Origin: Octopus bimaculoides
Taxonomy: Eukaryota
Length of the DNA: 56,592 nt
Assembly (NCBI RefSeq): GCF_001194135.2
Contig: NC_068989.1
Span: 84,924,224 to 84,980,815 of the forward strand
Direction of reading: 5' to 3'
The notes below the pieces were generated by a model that worked only from the letters and a program-made list of their open reading frames with translations, had not been told where the DNA came from and searched no databases. Positions 34,180 to 46,659 of this stretch are shown here, piece after piece (the first letter of the stretch is position 1; every line of letters begins with the position of its first letter). Position numbers and translations under genes: made by a program.

Positions 34180-37100
34180 TGTATACAACTATTTCTCTTT
34201 TTGTGCCACCTTTTCCTGTCAGTCATTTGTTCATTTCCCTTGTTTAAACCACTATCTCAGTTTGTGTTTATATACATGTGTGTGTGTGTATGTACGCTGA
34301 TTTTCTACAGCTGGATCGTCTTCCTGTCACCAACTTTCACCTGTTTCCAAGCAAGATAATATTTTCCCATGGCCAGACATGATTTTACAGAAGATGGGAA
34401 ATGAACAGCACTGCGTGTATGATGAAGCTCAACTGCAACTATGGTGCAACAGCAAAACAAACATGCATGTGCATAAGCATGTGTGTGTATGTGTATATTT
34501 TATATTTGTGTGTGTGTGTATATATAAAGTGTAAATACAATAAACAAAATGGACAATGAAGGATGAACAATAGTTGACAAGTGAGTTAACGTAATGTTTT
34601 GGGTGTTAGTCCTTCATCATAAAAAGAGAGACATTGTGGACAGAAAAAAAGGAGCAAAGACTTAGAAAGTAGGGAAGGGGTAAATGCAAATAAATGTTCA
34701 CAGCTGTGAATAGGTAGCCCTGCTAAGGACTAGCCTTCCAGTCAGAGGAAATGTTGGCCTGGTCCCCTAACCAGCAGGGGTGACATCGTTTGTATAGCTA
34801 AAATGATGCAAAGTGCATTGTGACTAGTGATGTATAACATCTGATTGGTCAATCACATGATCATCATCATCATTTAATATCATCTGCTTTCCATGCTAGC
34901 ATGGGTTAGACAGTTTGGAACTAGTAAGCCAGAGAACTGTGCCAGATTCCAGTCTGGTTTGGTATGATTTCTATGGGTGGATGCTCCTCCTGACGCCATC
35001 CATTTCAAGAGTGTAATGGGTATCTTTTATGTTCCGCTGTCACAGGTGGGTGCCATTTACAGAACACTGGCAATGGCCACAACAATGATTTCACTTGACA
35101 TGTCTTCTAAAGCATAGCATATTCTTTTCTACTCTAAGCACAAGGCCTGAAATTTTTGGGGAGGGGGCCAGTCGATTAGATTGAACCCGGTACACAACTG
35201 GTACTTTATTGACCCTGAAAGGATGAAAGGCAAAGTTGACCTCAGTGGAATTTGAACTCAGAACATAAATTTCTGCCATTTTGCCACCTTTAAAGCACAG
35301 CATATTGTCAAAGGTCTTGGTTACTTGTCATTCCTTCCTTGGAGATCATGCTTCACCACCTTGTCGCTTACCTCTGTGAGGCCCATATGAGATATGTGTA
35401 TGTGTGTTTAAAATATTTACTGTATTTTGAAATAATTGTATATTCATGAGAAATTTTTTTGATATTGAATTTCATACTATGTCTAAAGTAGTATTGTATT
35501 TAAAATATATATAAATATATGAAACATGACAGCTTTAAAGATTTAAAATATGTATGTAGTGTAAATCTAGATGACAATACAGGTAAATATGGAATTAACT
35601 TAACACTTTAATGAGAAGTGAAGAAAATGGCTTAACATTTAGTGTTTGTTTCTTTCTTCTGATGGACAAAGTGAGAAGGTTTTTGTTTAGAAACGAAGGG
35701 ATCAGGAAACTGTTCTTATGGGATGAGGGAGTTAATGGAGGTTGGAATAGATATGTAGATGAAAGTAAAAGGGTATCTGGCTTTGGAAGTGTGCAGAAGT
35801 ATCATTTTTGGGCATACAAGTTGGTGTATTTTCACTGGGAACATTTGGTCCTCTCAAGTTATCTTGGTGTATAATTCAACCTGCCTTTGTTGGTTTGAAA
35901 ATTTCAGTTTGTATGCCTGAAAATAAAGTTAGTGGGTGCTGTGCTATTGGTAATGTGAAAAAGTATGTGATGAGGGCACCTGTGCTACAATATCATTCTA
36001 AAAATAAACAGTCACATGATCACAATTTTGATGCTTCAAGGCAATTCATAATTAATTCAAAGCAATGTGAATAAATGAGCATTGCATTTGCTAAAATAAT
36101 CTGAATGCTAAAGGGTTAAACTAAATTTTTAAGTAAAAGAATATGAATTCAGTGAGAAATTAATGGAATTCTTTTCTTTTTTTTTTTTTTNNNNNNNNNN
36201 NNNNNNNNNNNNNNNNNNNNNNNNNNNNNNNNNNNNNNNNNNNNNNNNNNNNNNNNNNNNNNNNNNNNNNNNNNNNNNNNNNNNNNNNNNNNNNNNNNNN
36301 NNNNNNNNNNNNNNNNNNNNNNNNNNNNNNNNNNNNNNNNNNNNNNNNNNNNNNNNNNNNNNNNNNNNNNNNNNNNNNNNNNNNNNNNNNNNNNNNNNNN
36401 NNNNNNNNNNNNNNNNNNNNNNNNNNNNNNNNNNNNNNNNNNNNNNNNNNNNNNNNNNNNNNNNNNNNNNNNNNNNNNNNNNNNNNNNNNNNNNNNNNNN
36501 NNNNNNNNNNNNNNNNNNNNNNNNNNNNNNNNNNNNNNNNNNNNNNNNNNNNNNNNNNNNNNNNNNNNNNNNNNNNNNNNNNNNNNNNNNNNNNNNNNNN
36601 NNNNNNNNNNNNNNNNNCCCCCCCCCCCCAGGACTTGTTCTTTCTAAGCCCAGTAAATATTCTATTGGCCTCTTGTTGAACTGTTAAGTTATAGAGACGT
36701 AAACACACCAACATCGGTTGTCAAGTGATGGTGGTGTGGGTGGTGGGGGACAAACAAAGGGACATATACATAAATATACACGCACAGATATATATGATAG
36801 GATTGTTTCAGTTTTCGTCTACCAAACCCACACACAATGCATTGGTTGGCCCAAGGCTACAGTGGAAGACACTTCCCCGTGCATTTTGACCAGCTTCTTT
36901 ATCAGTTGTTCTCTGATTTCACCAATTTCTTCTCGGTATCTGGACACTGACAACACATCCAAACTTATTTGTGATATTCTGAGAGGCTCTACGGATTTTT
37001 ATAGATAGGGAGTTATCTCCCTTGTCAAACATCGTTGACTGTGCATGACAGGAACTTGTGGAGAGGATATAAATGGTTGCCTCCTGAAAGGAAGTCTCTA

Positions 37101-37401
37101 CTGGAAAATTCCCTATGATATAGCAGAACTCGGACATTGATTGTGGCATTCCTTCATCTGCGGATGATATTACAGATGGATCAGTCTATAGGTTATTATT
37201 ACTCATTGACGAGAATCTATTCCTACCAGTTAAGACTTTTCATTATTGTGCAATGTTTACCAACTTAGGCAGTGATGCCAGTGTGGCAAGAAACTTGCAT
37301 CCCATCCACAGGTCTCATTGCATGACTTCTTGGTTTCGACTATAGCCCCAGGCTGACCAAAGATTTGCGAGAGGATTTGGTTGACAGAAACTGGAAGAAG
37401 G

Positions 37402-37633
37402 GGGCGAGCTGGCAGAAACGTTAGCACGCCGGGCGAAATGCTTAGCGGTATTTCGTCTGCCGTTACATTCTGAGTTCAAATTCCGCCGAGGTCGACTTTG
37501 CCTTTCATCCTTTCGGGGTGGATAAATTAAGTACCAGTTACGCACTGGGGTCGATGTAATCGACTTAACCCCTTTGTCTGTCCTTTTTTTGTCCCCTCTA
37601 TGTTTAGCCCCTTGAGGGCAATAAAGAAATAAG
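37402..37633 (+). mobile_element. tRNA-derived SINE family A, full length, nested in a family B SINE
   Basis: GGCGAGCTGGCAGAAACGTTAGC...GAGTTCAAATTCC...GGGCAATAAAGAAATAAG; near-identical to 46863-47103. Confidence 0.85.
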
Positions 37634-37957
37634 AAACTGAAAGACCATTTTTATATGTATGTGTAGTGGTAAAAAGCTTGCTTCCCAACTACATGGTTCT
37701 GGGTTCAGTTCCACTGCATTTGTTGACCAAAGTCTCGAAAGTAAAGTATGGTAGACAGGAACAGTGGAAGTTCGCTGAGAGGAGCCTGCCTGTTCTTACG
37801 TGGTAGCTTAATCTAATGCTCATGACCTATGACTTTGGGCAAGGGTGCTCTACTATAGCCTTGGGTTTACAAAAGCTTTGTGAGTGGATTTGGTAGATGG
37901 AAACTGAAAGAAGCCCATTGCTTGAGTATGTGTGTGTGTATATATATATATATATAT

Positions 37958-38483
37958 CAGTATCTCATAGAAGTATATACACCCCTAAAAAATTTGAGTA
38001 AAATTGCTATTACACTGATAATATCGAAGGAAATCAAATGAAATTTACACTGAATAAGATATATATGCAAACGTTATGCAAATTTAGAACAAAACAATAA
38101 ACATTTTCAAAGATATGAACGAAATATTAATTTTGAAACGATACAAAAATATCTACACCCTAAACGATTCTTTACTATATTCAATATTTGGCGCGACCAC
38201 TTTTGCCTTCAATGACTGCATTAAGTTTTCTGGGCAAAGAGTCAACTAAATTTTCGCTTATAACCGATGAAATCAACGTCCTTTTATCCTGAATTATGTC
38301 TTTCAACTGTATTACGTTGTGGGTTTTTCTTCTCCTCAACTTTCCTTTTTAAAACACCCTCACAGACGTTCTATTGGGTTTAAATCAGGTGACATGGTAG
38401 GCCAAGGCAATATCTGATAAAAATTTTGTCATCTTTGAGGTGTGTTTAGGGTCATTACCATTTTGGAACAAGGAATGTCTTCC
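37958..38483 (-). mobile_element. Tc1/mariner transposon 3' end: transposase C-terminal fragment (38181-38483) plus terminal repeat region
   Basis: Minus strand FQNGNDPKHTSK / WPTMSPDLNPIE / ENLVDSLPRKLNAVIEGKSGRAKY* match Tc1 DD34E motifs (QQDNDPKH, WPSQSPDLNPIE, GG.TKY). The terminus CAGT at 37958 abuts a (TA)n tract. Confidence 0.8.
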
Positions 38484-39062
38484 TTAGCCCATCCTCAGTC
38501 AAATTGTCCAACCCATGCTAGCATGGAAAGTGGACATTAAATGATGATGATATAATCAAAATCTCAAGGCTATGAGATAATGAATGATTAATTCAAAACA
38601 ATGTGAATAAATAAGCATTACATTTGATAGAATAACCTGAATGCTAAAAGGTTAAGCAACAGAACAGGAATTTCTGTTCTTTTTTCATTCAATTATCAAT
38701 ATTTTTATGAATAAAACTGAAAACAATTCTAATTTTGGTGAAGACACTTTTCTATGAACAGACAACAATCAAATCTCTTGGAATCAAAAATCGAAAGCAA
38801 TTTTTCTTTTCACAGCAATAATTTTATTCATTAACTGTGCTTAAACTAAGAACACATGCCACAGCAAAAAATATGTATAAATCATAATAATAATAATAAT
38901 AATAATGATAATATAATGTTAAAAACACCAGAAAATAAAAATAAATGAATGGTTGTAATACAATATATATATATATATATGTATATATATGTGTGTGTGG
39001 TGGTGTGGTGTATACCAGTATGTTGATGGCGGTGACTCTGCTAGCAGTGGTACTGAAAAATC

Positions 39063-39238
39063 TCACTGAGATGTCACCAAAAACTGGGAGTGTTCTTTTG
39101 CTTTGAGGCGGAGTTGTGACAAACTGGCTGCACCACTTGTCATTTCTGATGTCCTGTATTCTGCAGCTGCTGCTCCTCCTCCGGCCTGCAGGCAAGAAGT
39201 GTTCATCATTGATCCATTGCTGTCACACACTGCTCTTC
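39063..39238 (-). CDS. Terminal exon of a paired-class homeobox gene with OAR (aristaless) motif; upstream exons not seen
   Basis: Acceptor TTTTTTGTAG at 39239, phase 1. The ORF ends ...MTSGAASLSQLRLKAKEHSQFLVTSQ*; SLSQLRLKAKEHS matches the OAR consensus SSIAxLRLKAKEH. Candidate AATAAA on the minus strand at ~38823-38828. Confidence 0.8.
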
Positions 39239-39339
39239 CTACAAAAAACAACAGCACTTTAGAAAAGGATTGCTTCAATGCTCTCTCTCTCTCTCTCTCC
39301 CCCCCCTCCCCTTCCCATTACTATTTTACTCTCTTACTT

Positions 39340-39535
39340 GTTTCACTCATTTGACTGTGGCCATGCTGGAGCACTGCCTTTAGTAGAGCAAATCGACACC
39401 AGGACTTATTCTTTGGAAGCCTAGTACTTATTCTATCGGTTTCTTAGGCCGGACTGCTAAGTTACGGGGATGTAAACGCACCAGCATTGGTTGTCAAGTG
39501 ATGTTGGGGGAGGGGCGACAAACACAGACACACAA

Positions 39536-39576
<41 letters not shown>

Positions 39577-39685
39577 CACATATACGACGGGCTTCTTTCA
39601 GTTTCCGTCTACCAAATCCATTCACAAGGCTATGGTAGAAGACACTTGCCCAAGGTGCCACGCAGTGGGACTGAACCCGGAACCT
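39340..39685 (-). mobile_element. SINE family B copy, 5' truncated
   Basis: Reverse-complement homology to 13369-13764, including the internal microsatellite. Confidence 0.8.
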
Positions 39686-41154
39686 CACAAAGACAGGGAA
39701 AACCAGTCTACAGACTTGCTTGTCCCAACTATCTGTTGAGAACTAATATGTAACGAAAGCCAGTTATTGCGATCACTTTAGAACGAAGTTTCATTGATAA
39801 CAATAACCGGTGGATTACATAATGAGCAAGTATAGAATTTGGGACTCACACTCATTTTGATAACAATAACCAATAAATAGCATCCGTAATTATTATAATT
39901 CAGTTTCCACAAATAACTGAATCTGGTTTACTGAGTGAAAGCGGTTGTCTCCCTTGCGTAGTGTTTCGTCTTTGGACAACATTGTCGAGTTGATGACTTC
40001 GTGGTAGAAATAAAAAGTACGCGCGCGCTCGTGTGGATGTGTGTGTGCATTCACTCATACATATATCTATACTATATACAAAACAGAGATGTGTGTGTAA
40101 TCGCTTTTCACGTGAAATTGACTTCACCAAATGCTTCCATACTTGTGATGCGAGAATAATTTGACCTCGGATAAATCTTAGGCTCTTCATTTGATTTTTT
40201 AAATTAAAAATAAATAATATTGCTTTATATTTAAGATTCACTTCTTTAAAAAGGTTCCTCAATGTCAACTTCCGGTATTGACGTAACAACGGCTTACATA
40301 CTTGTGATGCAATGTCAACTTCCGGTATTGCGTGCGCGCATACACACGTGTGTCTTTGTAAATATGTTTGTATACATTTATGTAAGTGTGTGTTTGTAAC
40401 AGACAGAGTGTGAGTGAGTCAAGGGGTGTGTTGTNNNNNNNNNNNNNNNNNNNNNNNNNNNNNNNNNNNNNNNNNNNNNNNNNNNNNNNNNNNNNNNNNN
40501 NNNNNNNNNNNNNNNNNNNNNNNNNNNNNNNNNNNNNNNNNNNNNNNNNNNNNNNNNNNNNNNNNNNNNNNNNNNNNNNNNNNNNNNNNNNNNNNNNNNN
40601 NNNNNNNNNNNNNNNNNNNNNNNNNNNNNNNNNNNNNNNNNNNNNNNNNNNNNNNNNNNNNNNNNNNNNNNNNNNNNNNNNNNNNNNNNNNNNNNNNNNN
40701 NNNNNNNNNNNNNNNNNNNNNNNNNNNNNNNNNNNNNNNNNNNNNNNNNNNNNNNNNNNNNNNNNNNNNNNNNNNNNNNNNNNNNNNNNNNNNNNNNNNN
40801 NNNNNNNNNNNNNNNNNNNNNNNNNNNNNNNNNNNNNNNNNNNNNNNNNNNNNNNNNNNNNNNNNNNNNNNNNNNNNNNNNNNNNNNNNNNNNNNNNNNN
40901 NNNNNNNNNNNNNNNNNNNNNACCGGATGGCAACACCAGGCTCCAGTCTAATTTGGCAGAGTTTCTACAGCTGGATGCCCTTCCTAACGCCAACCACTCA
41001 GAGAGTGTAGTGAGTGCTTTTACGTGTCACCCGCACGAGGGCCAGTCAGGCGGTACTGGCAACGGCCACGCTCAAAATGGTGTCTTTTATGTGCCGCTCC
41101 CGAGCAACGCCGGGTGCCTCTGCTAGTATAATATATATCTAAGTTTGCCTTGCC

Positions 41155-41187
<33 letters not shown>

Positions 41188-41367
41188 ATATACTTGTTTC
41201 AGACTGTGGCCATACTGGGGCATCGCTTTGAAAAAATATTTTTCGAATGAATCGACCACAGTACTTATTTTGTTGTTAAGCCTGGTACTTGTTCTATCGG
41301 TTTCTTTTGCCGATCTGTTGGGTTACGGTGATGTAAACACACTAACACCGGTTATCAAGCGGTGGTG

Positions 41368-41403
<36 letters not shown>

Positions 41404-41414
41404 TATGATTAAGA

Positions 41415-41630
41415 TAATCCTTTCTACTATAGACACAAGGCCCGAAATTTGGGGGAGGGGTATAGTCGATTATATCGACTCCAGTGTTTCACTGGTACTT
41501 AATTTATCGACCCCGAAAGGATGAAAGGCAAAGTCGACCTCGACGGAATTTGAACCCAGAACGCAAAGACGGACGAAATGTTGTGAAGCATTTCGCCCGG
41601 TGTGCTAACGATTCTGCCAGCTTGCCACCT
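41415..41630 (-). mobile_element. SINE family A copy
   Basis: Reverse-complement homology to 37402-37633. Confidence 0.8.
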
Positions 41631-41875
41631 TTATGATTACATAAATAATAGAAAATGGAATGAACGACATTTAAAATCACTACAATTGTTTCAACGTATT
41701 TTTACACTCGTAGTGCATCGGTGATATGTTATGTAATCATTATCAATCCATGGTGTAAAATGCGCCTCCTCAGGTGATAATTTAAATAGATCCATCGTCA
41801 GATCCTACTGTCATTTCACTCTGTGTGAGAATGTATACCCAAAGTATATTCTGTATTCACATCCTACTGTTATTG

Positions 41876-42169
41876 TTGTTGTTGGCACTCCGTCGCTTAC
41901 GACGTCGAGGGTTCCAGTTGATCCGATCAACGGAACAGCTTGCTCGTGAAATTAACGTGCAAGTGGCTGAGCACTCCACAGACACGTGTACCCTTAACGC
42001 AGTTCACGGGGATATTCAGCGTGACAAGGCTGGCCCTTTGAAATACGGGTACAACAGAAACAGGAAGAAAGAGTGAGAGAACGTTGTGGTGAAAGAGTAC
42101 AGCAGGGTTCGCCACCATCCCCTGCCGGAGCCTCGTGAAGCTTTAGGTGTTTTCGCTCAATAAACACTC
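41876..42169 (-). mobile_element. SINE family C copy, running into a gap
   Basis: Reverse-complement homology to 18295-18662. Confidence 0.85.
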
Positions 42170-42621
42170 NNNNNNNNNNNNNNNNNNNNNNNNNNNNNNN
42201 NNNNNNNNNNNNNNNNNNNNNNNNNNNNNNNNNNNNNNNNNNNNNNNNNNNNNNNNNNNNNNNNNNNNNNNNNNNNNNNNNNNNNNNNNNNNNNNNNNNN
42301 NNNNNNNNNNNNNNNNNNNNNNNNNNNNNNNNNNNNNNNNNNNNNNNNNNNNNNNNNNNNNNNNNNNNNNNNNNNNNNNNNNNNNNNNNNNNNNNNNNNN
42401 NNNNNNNNNNNNNNNNNNNNNNNNNNNNNNNNNNNNNNNNNNNNNNNNNNNNNNNNNNNNNNNNNNNNNNNNNNNNNNNNNNNNNNNNNNNNNNNNNNNN
42501 NNNNNNNNNNNNNNNNNNNNNNNNNNNNNNNNNNNNNNNTGGTATCGATCTAATTGACAGGCCTCCTTCCCCAAATCTCAGGCCTTGTGCCTATAGTAGA
42601 AAGGATTATTACTAGGAATAT

Positions 42622-42950
42622 GAAGGCGTGTGGTTTAGTGGTTGGGGTAATCAGCTGAAAATCGCAGGGTCGTGAGTTCAATTCCCGGCGATGCCTTGTG
42701 TCCTTAAGCAAGACACTTTATTTCACGTTGCTCCAGTCCACTCAGCTGGCAAAAATGAGTAGTACCAGTATTTCAAAGGGGACAGCTTTATTACACTCTA
42801 TGTCACGCTGAATCTCCCTGAGGACTACGCTAAGGGTACGCGTATCTGTGGAGTATCCAGCCACTTGTACGTTAATTTCACAGGCAGGCTGTTCCGTTGA
42901 TCGGATCAACTGTAACGCTCATCGTTGTAAGCGACGGAGGGCCAGTTATG
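42622..42950 (+). mobile_element. SINE family C-related copy
   Basis: tRNA-like head GGCGTGTGGTTTAGTGG...GAGTTCAATTCCC; 3' half homologous to 18490-18660. Confidence 0.75.
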
Positions 42951-43016
42951 GTAGGACCAAATCTAACGAGGACGCATTTCCCATGGCGCCTAAGTGACCG
43001 AGATCATAGCTTTAGG

Positions 43017-43412
43017 CGGAGGCATGGCTGCATGGTCAGACGTTAGCTTCCTAACCACATAGTTCCGGGTTCAATCTCATGCGTTGCACCTTGGGCAAGT
43101 GTCTTCTAATATGGCCCTAGGTCGACCAAAGCCTTCTGAGTGGATTTGGTTGAGGGAAACTAAAAAAAAGCCCGTCGCGTATGTGTGTGTGTGTCTTTGC
43201 GGCTGTGTTTGTCCCTTACCACCGCTTGACAACCTGTGTTGGTGTGTTTACGACCCAGTAAATTAGCGGTTCGGCAAAAAGAAACCGATAGAATAAGTAT
43301 CAGGCTTAACAGAAAATAAGTCCTGCCGTCGATTTGCTTGACTAAAAATTCTTCAAGGCGTTGGCCCAGCATGGCCGTAGTCTAATGACTGTAACAAGCA
43401 AAAGATAAAAGA
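43017..43412 (+). mobile_element. SINE family B copy
   Basis: Homology to 13369-13764. Confidence 0.8.
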
Positions 43413-43429
43413 GAAAATTTTTAGAGGAT

Positions 43430-43805
43430 GGGACAGACCAGCTCCATCGACCCAGTACATGACTGGTACTGTATTTTAATAGACCCCGAAGGGATGAGAA
43501 GCAGAGTTTAGCTCGGTGGGATTTGAACTCAGAACGTAAAGAGCCGCTTAACATTTTGTCCAACGCGTTAATGATTCTTCCAGTTCACCGCCCTTGTAAG
43601 ATATTGGCACAAGGCCAGCAGTTTTGGTTGTTAGGAGGAAGTCGATTAGATCGACCTCAGTGCGTAACTGGTACTTAATTTATCGACCTCGAAAGGATGA
43701 AAGGCAAAGTCGACCTCGGTGGAATTTGAACTCAGAACGGAGCGACGGGCGAAATACCACTAAGCATTTCGTTCAGCGTGCTAACGATTCTGCCAGCTCG
43801 CCGCC
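43430..43805 (-). mobile_element. Two tandem SINE family A copies
   Basis: Two successive reverse-complement matches (43430-43593, 43601-43805). Confidence 0.75.
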
Positions 43806-44187
43806 TTGATAAAATTATAAGTCCTTTATTGTGGAATAAATTCTCGTGAGGTGAATCTGCCGATGCGGTTTCAATTCCTAGCTTCCTCGTTCTTTCATTT
43901 TTCTCTCTATTTTAAGCGAGGAATGTTTTCGTGGAAAGAATGGCATCAAACTTCCATTTACCATTTCTTCCCATAAATTCCAAGTCACTTGTTTCTTTTA
44001 TTTTGCCTAACCGAAGAAACCCAGGAAGTCGAGACCAGTATATCTGGTTTCAATTCCTCGTTGGAACTGATGTCTCCGCTGGGCCGCTTCTCACCTGAGT
44101 TATTCATCATTTATTTTTTACTTGTTTCAGTCATTAGACTGCAGCCATGCTGGAGCACCACACTGAAAAGTTTAGTCGAACACAGCG

Positions 44188-44219
<32 letters not shown>

Positions 44220-45033
44220 GCACACACATACGCATACACACATGATGGGCTTCTACACAGTTTCCGTCTACCAAATTAAATCACATAGTATTGCAGCTAT
44301 AGTAGAAGAAACTTGCTCAAGGTACCGCCCAGTGGGACTGAACTAGAAACCATGTGGCCAGCTTCATGTGGCAGAAACAGCCATGTTTGTGGTAACATTT
44401 TCACATTAACACATGGACCTGATTATAATAACTCAACTTCATTGTTCGTTTCCGTCATAGTTTTTTCTCGTAATAATATTTGTAGCGCAGTGAGGGCATT
44501 CATGCCTATTCTGAGCACGTGTGACATAGAATGCTCTCAACGTGAGCGAAATATACGGACGAACGAAATAACTAAACAACCGTCTCGATAATATTTACAT
44601 GTTGGAGTCGGCTAGAAAACACCTTTATTTTAATTGGCTGATTCTGAGAGGAGGAGCTATTTATTCTCTTGCCTCCTATTGGTTGGTCTCCATAAAATAA
44701 GGTCGTCTAGTTATTTATGAAGGCGTGGCTTAAGGATGCTGGCAGCAACTGTTGTGGGCGTGAATAATGGTCGGAGGCATTTATTGCTGTGGGTGTTATC
44801 TTCACGGAGAAGCGTTTAATTCTGTGATAGCGGCTGCTCCTTGAATTGTTTCAGTTACTGGGACTGCGGCCATGCTGGAGCATCGATCCCAGTACTTGTT
44901 TTTATTTTAAAGTCCGATACTTATTCTATTAGTCTCTATTGTCGAACTTTTTGTGTTACAGGAACGTAATCAGACCAACAGCGGTTGTCAAGCGGTGAGG
45001 AAAGACAAATAGAAACACCAACACACGCGCGCG

Positions 45034-45075
<42 letters not shown>

Positions 45076-45082
45076 CACCACA

Positions 45083-45117
<35 letters not shown>

Positions 45118-46006
45118 NNNNNNNNNNNNNNNNNNNNNNNNNNNNNNNNNNNNNNNNNNNNNNNNNNNNNNNNNNNNNNNNNNNNNNNNNNNNNNNNNNN
45201 NNNNNNNNNNNNNNNNNNNNNNNNNNNNNNNNNNNNNNNNNNNNNNNNNNNNNNNNNNNNNNNNNNNNNNNNNNNNNNNNNNNNNNNNNNNNNNNNNNNN
45301 NNNNNNNNNNNNNNNNNNNNNNNNNNNNNNNNNNNNNNNNNNNNNNNNNNNNNNNNNNNNNNNNNNNNNNNNNNNNNNNNNNNNNNNNNNNNNNNNNNNN
45401 NNNNNNNNNNNNNNNNNNNNNNNNNNNNNNNNNNNNNNNNNNNNNNNNNNNNNNNNNNNNNNNNNNNNNNNNNNNNNNNNNNNNNNNNNNNNNNNNNNNN
45501 NNNNNNNNNNNNNNNNNNNNNNNNNNNNNNNNNNNNNNNNNNNNNNNNNNNNNNNNNNNNNNNNNNNNNNNNNNNNNNNNNNNNNNNNNNNNNNNNNNNN
45601 NNNNNNNNNNNNNNNNNNNNNNNNNNNNNNNNNNNNNNNNNNNNNNNNNNNNNNNNNNNNNNNNNNNNNNNNNNNNNNNNNNNNNNNNNNNNNNNNNNNN
45701 NNNNNNNNNNNNNNNNNNNNNNNNNNNNNNNNNNNNNNNNNNNNNNNNNNNNNNNNNNNNNNNNNNNNNNNNNNNNNNNNNNNNNNNNNNNNNNNNNNNN
45801 NNNNNNNNNNNNNNNNNNNNNNNNNNNNNNNNNNNNNNNNNNNNNNNNNNNNNNNNNNNNNNNNNNNNNNNNNNNNNNNNNNNNNNNNNNNNNNNNNNNN
45901 NNNNNNNNNNNNNNNNNNNNNNNNNNNNNNNNNNNNNNNNNNNNNNNNNNNNNNNNNNNNNNNNNNNNNNNNNNNNNNNNNNNNNNNNNNNNNNNNNNNN
46001 NNNNNN

Positions 46007-46040
<34 letters not shown>

Positions 46041-46202
46041 CATGACGGGCTTCCCCACAGTTTCCGTGTACAGAATTCACTCACAAAGCAGTTATCGGCT
46101 TGCGGCTATAGTAGAAGACTCTTGCTCAAGGTGCCACATAGTAGGATTGAACCCGAAACTGTATGGTTACAAAGCGATCTTAGCAACCACACAGTGATGC
46201 CT

Positions 46203-46453
46203 GTGTGTGGACTATCTTCCAGACACACCGAAGTGGTGGGCGTGTTGTGGACTGACTATCTTCCAGACACACCAAAGTGGTGGGCGTGGTGTGTATCTCC
46301 CAGATACACCGAGGTAGTGGGCGTGGTGTGAACTGACTCTTCCAGACATACCGAAGTGCTAGGCGTGGTGTGGACTGACTATCTTCCAGACACACCGAAG
46401 TGTGGGCGTGGTGTGGACTGACTATCTTCAAGACACACCGAAGTAGTGGGCGT
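46203..46453. repeat. 37-44-bp minisatellite, six copies
   Basis: Consensus GGTGTGGACTGACTATCTTCCAGACACACCGAAGTGGTGGGCGT, directly tandem with no spacers. Confidence 0.9.
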
Positions 46454-46659
46454 GTTTTGTTTTTTATATTACTCTAAGGCCGATAAGTCAAATACCAGTT
46501 GTATACTCGGACCGATTAATAGTAATAACGTCTGTTGATTTCATCATAGTCGGGTGAAAATTTTAGCTACGATTTTTAGCGAATCAAGGTTCCTAATAGA
46601 CATAAAAAGACGTAGGGGAAGAATCTCCGCTTAAAAAAAAAAGAAAAGAAAAAAGGATA

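Noticed and set aside
44400-44830. CCAAT- and GC-box-containing segment as a promoter
   Set aside because: No associated exon or ORF. It could equally be a repeat fragment, and the motifs alone are insufficient.
46203-46453. Palindromic ~44-bp repeats as a CRISPR array
   Set aside because: The units are directly tandem without unique spacers, there are no cas genes, and the context is eukaryotic.
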